Source of the DNA: Candidatus Lokiarchaeum ossiferum
GTDB taxonomy: Archaea; Asgardarchaeota; Lokiarchaeia; Sigyniarchaeales; Promethearchaeaceae
Assembly: GCA_025839675.1 (NCBI GenBank)
Contig: CP104013.1
Location: 4,830,001-4,862,000 of the forward strand
Reading direction: 5' to 3'
DNA: 32,000 bases
In this document: positions 16,639 through 23,688 of the stretch, piece after piece
Layout: each line of letters opens with the position of its first letter
Position numbering within the stretch: position 1 is the stretch's first letter
Position numbers and translations under genes: made by a program
Notes under the pieces: generated by a model
What the model was told of the DNA's origin: nothing
The model's database searches: none
What the model saw: only the letters and a program-made list of their open reading frames with translations

Positions 16639-17805
16639 TTATGGGAAGAGGAAATCATTCATTTCTTTGAGATCATTTTCAAGATTTTGACCCCAAGCAT
16701 GGATCCCACTCCGAAATTTATTTCCTACAACAATTGCACGTTGTTTGATGATAACTGGTTTACCATGAATGTCTTGATACACAACCGGAACTGGTTTTTC
16801 AGTAATTCCCCAGAGTAATAGCAATCCAGTCGGTTCTAACGTGCAATAAAAATAATCATCCAGCACTTTCATTGCATCTTGAATATGTTTTGCTGTCATC
16901 GGTTGATTTGATTTTGGAGTAACTCCTTCACTCAAAGCAAGTAAACTTCCTTCATCGAGGGTGTTTATTTGTTCTATGCTATCCATATAATCGACTTCAA
17001 TTAAACTTCCTCGGTAAGTTTGATGAACTTTTGAGTCCATCATTAGTTGAATTGCTCCCGATTGCCATCCAGCATATTTTTTTTCATGAGAATCCCGATC
17101 GACAAAGGTTAGGTCTGCGGGATGGGTATCATTAATATGCGGGAGTTTATTCTTTTGATTTAAAAACAAATTACTGCAGAATTGAAAGTTATAACCTCGG
17201 GCGCTAACAAGGTTCGTTGGAACAGTGGTTTGTTTTGCAATTAATTCTCCCAAGGATTTATGAAATTGATCTTGTCGAATTTTAAATCGGTTGTGAATTT
17301 CGCTTATTGGAGGGTTATTATCATCGTGGGTTGTATACCAATAACGGGTGGCTCTTATAGGATTTTGTTCACTTTTATCAATAAATTCATGATACCAATC
17401 AATAAAATCAAGTTCAATTAGGGGGACTTTATATTTATCGCAAACCTCTGAAGCATTGCATGATCGGTCTTTAGATTTATTACTAACAATTCCTTGTAAT
17501 ACAATTGGAGAATTCAAGGTATAAGATTTAACTTTTTCATACTGTTTTGCTTGAAATTCGCCTGTCGAAAAACTTCCTGAACCAAATATTAGATTTGAAA
17601 TTGGTTGGTTTTCTTCAAGTGAAATTAATGGCACGATAGAACAATTTAGATCACCGCTCATTTCATCCCATATATCTAAGCATTTATTACGCAATTCTAT
17701 GGGCGCCCATGCACGATTTTCCCATATTTTTTTGCTTAAATGATGTATTTTCTTTATACGTTCTTCGCTTTTTAATTTAGTTTCAGCCAGAAATTCTTCC
17801 ATCAT
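16639..17805 (-). CDS. Hypothetical protein with distant formyltransferase-fold-like motifs
   Basis: 388-aa ORF with good coding character. NLIFGSGSFSTGEF resembles the formyltransferase N-terminal strand-loop. LPHINDTHPADL resembles the N.HPSLLP catalytic loop but with altered spacing. YRGSLIEVDY...LDEGSLLA resembles the Asp-containing strand. This is weak and from memory only. Confidence 0.6.
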   Translation of the reverse strand: MMEEFLAETKLKSEERIKKIHHLSKKIWENRAWAPIELRNKCLDIWDEMSGDLNCSIVPLISLEENQPISNLIFGSGSFSTGEFQAKQYEKVKSYTLNSPIVLQGIVSNKSKDRSCNASEVCDKYKVPLIELDFIDWYHEFIDKSEQNPIRATRYWYTTHDDNNPPISEIHNRFKIRQDQFHKSLGELIAKQTTVPTNLVSARGYNFQFCSNLFLNQKNKLPHINDTHPADLTFVDRDSHEKKYAGWQSGAIQLMMDSKVHQTYRGSLIEVDYMDSIEQINTLDEGSLLALSEGVTPKSNQPMTAKHIQDAMKVLDDYFYCTLEPTGLLLLWGITEKPVPVVYQDIHGKPVIIKQRAIVVGNKFRSGIHAWGQNLENDLKEMNDFLFP

Positions 17806-17849
17806 GAATACATAATTTTTTCACATATTTTGCTTTTACTAATTTATAA

Positions 17850-18467
17850 ATGCATTCATCAGTACATTGGGGGCTTGGAATAATTATTGCTGGAATCACA
17901 TCCTTATATATTTCAGTTAATTTTTGGATTGTTGGTTTAATTATTTTGAGTTCAATTTTCGCGGATTTTGATATATTTTTAAGAAAATATGCCCAAAATG
18001 GCAATCACCGCATGCTCTTTACTCATTCTATTTATCTTCCTATGATCCTAATATTAATTGGATTTCTTTCTTCAAAAATTGTTATTATTGTAATGGGTTT
18101 TTCGTATTTAATCCATATTTTGATTGATCTTCTGGATTGGGGGACCAACGCCCTTTTTACAAATAGAATTTTTGGGATTCGCTTTTTACTTAAGAGAGAT
18201 GAGCATTTGAGAGTCCCTGAGATAATAGATCAAGAAAAAATACCTCAATGGTTTTTTGTTAAACGATACTATAACTCTGTCATTATGATTGGTATTGAAG
18301 TTTTTGTGAGCATTATCATGTTTATTACCTTATTTCTCTATATTCCCCAGTTTTGGTATTTTCTGGCAGGTTATTTTTTGACAATGATATTTCACATCAG
18401 CGAATACCTTGAATTAAAACATTTGAGCCAAGGAGGCTCTCCACGTATAAAATTACTCAAACATTAA
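17850..18467 (+). CDS. DUF457/YdjM-like membrane-bound metal-dependent hydrolase
   Basis: 205 aa, multi-TM. N-terminal MHSSVHWGLG, then NHRMLFTHSIYLP (HR..THS) and HILIDLLDWGT, matching the His-rich DUF457 signatures. Confidence 0.6.
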   Translation: MHSSVHWGLGIIIAGITSLYISVNFWIVGLIILSSIFADFDIFLRKYAQNGNHRMLFTHSIYLPMILILIGFLSSKIVIIVMGFSYLIHILIDLLDWGTNALFTNRIFGIRFLLKRDEHLRVPEIIDQEKIPQWFFVKRYYNSVIMIGIEVFVSIIMFITLFLYIPQFWYFLAGYFLTMIFHISEYLELKHLSQGGSPRIKLLKH

Positions 18468-18489
18468 TATTAATTTCACAAGTGATTAC

Positions 18490-19389
18490 ATGAAAACCGG
18501 AAAACATTGGCAAGATATATTTGCAACTGTGATAAAAGAGACTGACTTTGTTCTTGAGATTTTAGATTCTCGGAACCCCATCGGTACACATAACAAGATG
18601 ATTGAAACTTTTTTACTAAAGAATCGACCTGAAATCCAGCTCATTCTTATACTAAATAAATCTGACATTATCCCTCGAGAAGTTTTGAAAGAATGGAAAC
18701 TTTATTTCAAGTCCCAAGGGTATAAAGTCTTTAGCTGTAGTGCAAAACATCATAAAGGTGTCATGAACTTATTGAAAGAAATTCGACATCTTGGAACTCG
18801 TCCAAATACAAATATGCTTATTGTAGGATATCCAAATACTGGAAAGTCGACCCTAATTGAATCACTAACCAAGAATGAAAAGAAAGTGGGAACTTCTGCT
18901 CGTGCAGGATTTACCCGGGTAATACAAAAAATTAGATTAACTAATAATGTTTTTTTAATTGATACTCCTGGAGTTATTCCAATCAATGAAAAGGATGAAA
19001 CTGATATGGCCATCAAAGCTTGTATGGTGGCTGATAAGGTTAATGATCCTATGGGGGTGGTTGAAGCTATTTTTAAATTACTACCAAAGAAACAATTCAA
19101 TTCCATCTACGGGATAAATCTCGACAAAAATGATGGACCTGAAAAGTTAGTTTTTGAAGTGGGAAAAAAATCGGGATTATTGATCTCAGGGGGAAAAATT
19201 AATGAGCCAGAAGCTCAAAAGCTTTTAATTAGGGACTGGCAATCTAATAAACTGAAATACTACTCTCTTCCTCCATCCATGATAAAAAAAGAAAAATCGG
19301 AACCAATCCTTACAGAACAACCTAAATATCAGAAAAATGCCCAAGGTATACCCAAATCATTGAGAAAAAGAAAAAAAAAGTCATCTTGA
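18490..19389 (+). CDS. Circularly permuted GTPase (YlqF/RbgA-MJ1464 family, ribosome-biogenesis type)
   Basis: G4 NKSD (LILILNKSDI) precedes G1 GYPNTGKST and G3 DTPGV, which is the cpGTPase order. Lys-rich C-terminal tail. AGTGAT lies upstream of the ATG. Confidence 0.85.
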   Translation: MKTGKHWQDIFATVIKETDFVLEILDSRNPIGTHNKMIETFLLKNRPEIQLILILNKSDIIPREVLKEWKLYFKSQGYKVFSCSAKHHKGVMNLLKEIRHLGTRPNTNMLIVGYPNTGKSTLIESLTKNEKKVGTSARAGFTRVIQKIRLTNNVFLIDTPGVIPINEKDETDMAIKACMVADKVNDPMGVVEAIFKLLPKKQFNSIYGINLDKNDGPEKLVFEVGKKSGLLISGGKINEPEAQKLLIRDWQSNKLKYYSLPPSMIKKEKSEPILTEQPKYQKNAQGIPKSLRKRKKKSS

Positions 19390-20307
19390 AATAATCCCTG
19401 AAAAATATCCGACGCTATAATCACTGGGGCCTGTCCCGCCTATTTTTTCATAACTTGTATAATATTGCAGTTTTTTTGCGGTGGTATAACCCATTTCTTT
19501 TCCTATTATCATTAAGGTTGCTATACATTGAGGTCCGCACACTGATGTATCGGTCGCTTTTTCCAAAGTTTTTTGCCAATTAAATTGTTCAAAGGCTTCC
19601 ATCACTGCTTCATCTCGCTTGTGTTGAATTTGAAGTATTTCTTCTTTGGGATTTCGAGGATTTTGGGGTTGATAGTGCGTCATATCTGAAGAAGCAATAA
19701 TTGCAATGTCCTTATTGTTATTTGAATCCAAAACTGAAGCTATATCCTTTCCTAAGGTTTCTAAGACATTTTGATTCATTTTTCCAATTTTAATTGGAAG
19801 AATTTTAACCGATTTTTGAGCCTTTGTTGCTGCATATTGAATGAAGGGGATTTGAACTTCAATATTGTGTTCTCGTCCATGGGGGAAACCATTAAAGGCT
19901 GAATCATCTTCTTTAACTACTTTTGATTCTTTTAATAACTGGATTGCCAAATCTGTATCAATATCCAAAGTCCCAAATGGAGTTTTCCAAGCGCCTTCTT
20001 TCATGATTCCAATTTCGTAATAACCAGTATGTTGTGTTCCTAAAATTATAACTGTGTCTGGAACTTTTTGACCAAAAACTTCTTGAATTGTATGAGCAGT
20101 CGCACTTCCGCTATACATATATCCCGCATGGGGGCTAACTCCTCCTAGTACTTTTCTATCTCCTCCATTATTATCTGTTGTTAGATTGAGATCGTGGGAT
20201 AAGCCAAAAGAAGAATTAACAAAATTCTCATGAATTGTGTCTAGAAGTTCCCCTTTGAAACGGGGGTAAAATCTTCCTGCTGCTGAAGGGTTTCTTATGA
20301 TCGCCAT
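19381..20307 (-). CDS. Memo-like protein (AmmeMemoRadiSam system protein B family)
   Basis: RNPSAAGRFYP N-terminus, GVSPHAGYMYSG, SSDMTHY and the SVCGPQCI motif. GGAG lies 10 nt upstream of the ATG. Confidence 0.85.
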   Translation of the reverse strand: MAIIRNPSAAGRFYPRFKGELLDTIHENFVNSSFGLSHDLNLTTDNNGGDRKVLGGVSPHAGYMYSGSATAHTIQEVFGQKVPDTVIILGTQHTGYYEIGIMKEGAWKTPFGTLDIDTDLAIQLLKESKVVKEDDSAFNGFPHGREHNIEVQIPFIQYAATKAQKSVKILPIKIGKMNQNVLETLGKDIASVLDSNNNKDIAIIASSDMTHYQPQNPRNPKEEILQIQHKRDEAVMEAFEQFNWQKTLEKATDTSVCGPQCIATLMIIGKEMGYTTAKKLQYYTSYEKIGGTGPSDYSVGYFSGIISR

Positions 20308-20399
20308 AAAATAAATCTCCTAAGTTTACTTTAAATCTTATCCTAAAAAAAGCTAATATAAGCTTTAATTGAAATGCCGAATTTTCAATTTTAATTGCA

Positions 20400-21413
20400 A
20401 TGGAAAAATCAAATGATAGTAATACACCTTTTGATTTAGTTTTAGTTGGCCATTTTGCCTTTGATACTATTGTTCTTCAAAATCCTTATTCAAAATCTCA
20501 ATCTTTAGGTGGGGGGGTCACATATGGTAGTTTAGCGGCAAGGTTCTACCAGTCAGATGCACTCATAGGGATAATTTCAAAAATTAAAGCAAATGAATCC
20601 CTCAATTGTTTAAAGCCAATTTCCAAAAATAAGATAAATATTGATGGTGTACGACAAGAAGGCTCATATAATACAGAATATTTGCTAAAATATCATGATC
20701 ATGGAAGAGATTTACAGCTAATTTCCAAGGCAAATGAAATTGATATTCATGATTTTCCTCCATCGTATTTTAACACTCGAGCAATCCATCTTACTCCTAT
20801 CGCTGATGAATTTACCCCAGAATTTCTAAACGATCTGTCAAAACATCAAGAAATTCAAGATGCTATTATTGGAGTGGATGTTCAAGGGTTCATTCGAGGG
20901 TTCGATGAATGCGGAAATATAACTATCAAAAATGGAACCGCAGATCACCAACAAATATTTGATATGTTGAGTAAATTCGGTTCGCGAATGTTCTTTAAAG
21001 CAAGTGATCTTGAAGCTCAAGGTGTTACCCATGAAAAAGACTTGAAAAAAGCAACTGAGTTATTAGGTTTAACCGGCGCTTACATTTTGACTACTTTAGG
21101 AGATAAAGGGCTCTATTTTAAAGCTCCAAACCATCCATTAATTCACATCAATGCTTATCGTCCCATCCAGTGTGTTGATGAGACAGGTGCTGGAGATTGT
21201 TTTATGGCTGTTTTATTATTACAAATCGGACAAATTGCTCCAAATGAACGTTCTTTCGAAAATATCGTTGAAGCAATACAGATTGCTTCAAGTGCTTCAT
21301 CATTTCTAATTGAAAAAAAAGGTCCAAATGGTTTCCAAACCAAATGGAAGATTCTTTCCCGAATTAAGGCTGAAAATGAAATTTTGTTTAAAGAAGATAA
21401 CCTTAAATCATAG
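20400..21413 (+). CDS. PfkB-family carbohydrate/nucleoside kinase
   Basis: N-terminal SLGGGVTYGS (di-Gly motif) and C-terminal DETGAGDCFMA (the DTxGAGD anion-hole/catalytic motif). 337 aa. Confidence 0.85.
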   Translation: MEKSNDSNTPFDLVLVGHFAFDTIVLQNPYSKSQSLGGGVTYGSLAARFYQSDALIGIISKIKANESLNCLKPISKNKINIDGVRQEGSYNTEYLLKYHDHGRDLQLISKANEIDIHDFPPSYFNTRAIHLTPIADEFTPEFLNDLSKHQEIQDAIIGVDVQGFIRGFDECGNITIKNGTADHQQIFDMLSKFGSRMFFKASDLEAQGVTHEKDLKKATELLGLTGAYILTTLGDKGLYFKAPNHPLIHINAYRPIQCVDETGAGDCFMAVLLLQIGQIAPNERSFENIVEAIQIASSASSFLIEKKGPNGFQTKWKILSRIKAENEILFKEDNLKS

Positions 21414-21423
21414 TTTTTTTTCT

Positions 21424-22122
21424 ATGTTCATATTAATGGATGTGGCTTCCTCAAATTTAGCTTTTTTACTGTTTAGCGTTGGTGAGATCATTTTCGTCAT
21501 TATTCCAATGATTGTTTTCAAGTTACAGAAAAAAGATCTCAAGTATGAATTTCGCCATCGCATAATTCCCAATGAAATGCTCACTCGATCAAAATACTTA
21601 CGTTTTTTAGATATTTTAATTGGTATATCAGTAGGAATTTTATTTTACTTTTTTGGGGGGTATCTGACGATAACAATACGAAAAGTTATTGTTGAAACCA
21701 AAGGGGAAGAATATTATGAAACCGCATCTGAAGGATCTGTAAATACTACTCCACCACCTCCTGAATCTCCAAATAACACCTTAATTTGGTTTTTGATTAT
21801 CATAGGTGTTGTAATAATGTTCTGCTTTGTAGCATTATCGGAAGAATTCTGTTTTCGTGGAGTTCTACAAAAAGAATTTGGTCACATTTCTCCAATTCTT
21901 GGTATTTTGCTGAGCAGTTTTTTTTTCATGATATATCATGTCTTTCCAGGGGTAGTGCCTTGGGTGACCTTTCTTACTTTTTGGCTCTATTATTTGGCTT
22001 TCGGAATTCTTCTTGCTTTGATCACTTATTTTCAGAAAGGAGATTTAGTCATTTCAATTATTGCCCATGGAACGTTTAATTCTATTTTATGGGTTCAGCT
22101 TTATTTGCCCTATCTTCAATAA
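21424..22122 (+). CDS. CPBP-family (CAAX/Abi) intramembrane glutamic protease
   Basis: Motif 1 LSEEFCFRG (EExxxR), motif 2 FFMIYHV (FxxxH), motif 3 IAHGTFNS (HxxxN). Multi-TM. ATG 21424 removes the 104-nt overlap with the kinase gene that the ORF-track start would create. Confidence 0.8.
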   Translation: MFILMDVASSNLAFLLFSVGEIIFVIIPMIVFKLQKKDLKYEFRHRIIPNEMLTRSKYLRFLDILIGISVGILFYFFGGYLTITIRKVIVETKGEEYYETASEGSVNTTPPPPESPNNTLIWFLIIIGVVIMFCFVALSEEFCFRGVLQKEFGHISPILGILLSSFFFMIYHVFPGVVPWVTFLTFWLYYLAFGILLALITYFQKGDLVISIIAHGTFNSILWVQLYLPYLQ

Positions 22123-22230
22123 TCTTATCAAAGAAAATTACTTCTCAGTTTAAATGTTTTAAAGCAAATCAAAACACACTTAAACATTTAATGACTATTT
22201 TATTTTTAACAGAAAATAACGGTATCCAAC

Positions 22231-23046
22231 ATGGTAGAACATAAAAAAATCCTCGTGATTTCGGATGTGCATGGAAAAATTCCAGAAATGATCGATTTTA
22301 TGAATATGATGATAAATACTAAAGGAGAAAAGATCGATTTTGCAGTCCATTTAGGGGATTTTTGGTCTGGAAGGAATTACGACCCTCGAAGTGGAGAACA
22401 AATTCGAGGGGAATTTCAAGAATTCGACCTTTTTAAAAAGTTACCAATGCCCTTGTACTGTTTACGTGGAAATGAAGATTTGATACAACCAGAAGATGTT
22501 TGGCACTTAGAGAATCTATGGTTGATGGAGGATCAAGAAATATTTAAAATGAATGATTGGAATGTTTTGTCTATTGATTATCAATACCCTGGCGAACCCA
22601 GTGATTCTGAACCGAAGCATATAGATTACTCTTCGAAAGATGAAATTGATTTCATTTTCTCTCATCGACCTCCGTATGGCATTTTGGATGATACACTTCA
22701 TTTTAAAACTCATAAAAAGTTAAAAAACACTGGTTCCCCCATGGTTCGTTCGTATTATGATGCCTTGAAACCATCTCTCTTCCTTTTTGGACATTTTCAT
22801 TATTCAAATTTCTTTCAAACAGACTGTGGATTAGTTGCTTGTTTAGATAAACTTGTTCGGCTTGGAGGTGCTAACCAAGATGAGTTCAAATATTCTTATG
22901 CTTTATTAGATCCATTTGACCAATCTCTCGAAGTTTATTGGAAAAATCGGTTATTTTTCAAGTATAGCATCTTGGAACAAAAATTATCCGATGTTTCTCA
23001 TTTTGATAAGCGAAATCTTTATTTTAGAAGGCGAAGAAGAAAGTAA
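22231..23046 (+). CDS. Calcineurin-like metallophosphoesterase
   Basis: ILVISDVHG, HLGDF, LRGNED and FGHFH metal-binding motifs occur in the canonical order. Confidence 0.8.
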   Translation: MVEHKKILVISDVHGKIPEMIDFMNMMINTKGEKIDFAVHLGDFWSGRNYDPRSGEQIRGEFQEFDLFKKLPMPLYCLRGNEDLIQPEDVWHLENLWLMEDQEIFKMNDWNVLSIDYQYPGEPSDSEPKHIDYSSKDEIDFIFSHRPPYGILDDTLHFKTHKKLKNTGSPMVRSYYDALKPSLFLFGHFHYSNFFQTDCGLVACLDKLVRLGGANQDEFKYSYALLDPFDQSLEVYWKNRLFFKYSILEQKLSDVSHFDKRNLYFRRRRRK

Positions 23047-23073
23047 ATATAGTCTTTTTGTCTTTTTTTAGGT

Positions 23074-23688
23074 ATGGTCATAGAAAAAGGAAATAATCCC
23101 TTTGATTTATTTGAAGTGTTTCAAGAAGCGTTTCCTGGTGAAATATCTTCCATTTTTAAAGTTTATTTGCAATTCAATCACTTAAAACGTGTTTATCGAA
23201 AAGGTTGGCTAAAAAGTGGAATTTCGCCTCAAATTTGTGAATCTGATGCGGATCACTCCTTAGGCGTTGCTTTCTTGGGATTAATTTTAGCACAAAAATA
23301 CGCCCCATCATTAAATCAAGCGAAACTTTTGAAAATGGCAATTATCCATGAATTAGGAGAAACCGTAGTTGGAGATATCACCCCTGATGAGGATTATCCT
23401 ACCCGAAAACAAGAAGAATTTTCAGTCGTCCAAAAAATTCTACACGATTTACCAAATAGTAGAGAATTGGTTGGACTCTACTCAGAATTTGAGAATAAAT
23501 CGTCTCCAGAAGGAAAGTTTATGAAGGAAATTGATTCGCTAGAAATGGTCTTTCAAGCCTTGATTTACGAAAAGGAGTTTAATTTTGACTCTATTCAATT
23601 TTTAGAGTCTGTGCAAAAAAAAATTATGAACCCACATCTAAAAACAGTATTCGAGCAAATTAAAAAAATTAAAAAATTAGAAAGTTGA
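23074..23688 (+). CDS. HD-domain phosphohydrolase (YfbR/HDDC2-like 5'-nucleotidase family)
   Basis: ESDADHSLGVAF plus AIIHELGETVVGDITP (the H...HD/HE...D pattern of YfbR-type HD proteins). 204 aa. Confidence 0.8.
   Translation: MVIEKGNNPFDLFEVFQEAFPGEISSIFKVYLQFNHLKRVYRKGWLKSGISPQICESDADHSLGVAFLGLILAQKYAPSLNQAKLLKMAIIHELGETVVGDITPDEDYPTRKQEEFSVVQKILHDLPNSRELVGLYSEFENKSSPEGKFMKEIDSLEMVFQALIYEKEFNFDSIQFLESVQKKIMNPHLKTVFEQIKKIKKLES

Noticed and set aside
20511-20517. G7 homopolymer (unusual in AT-rich DNA) as a phase-variation site.
   Set aside because: It encodes the conserved Gly-Gly-Gly motif of the PfkB kinase (SLGGGVTYG). Composition is explained by the protein constraint.
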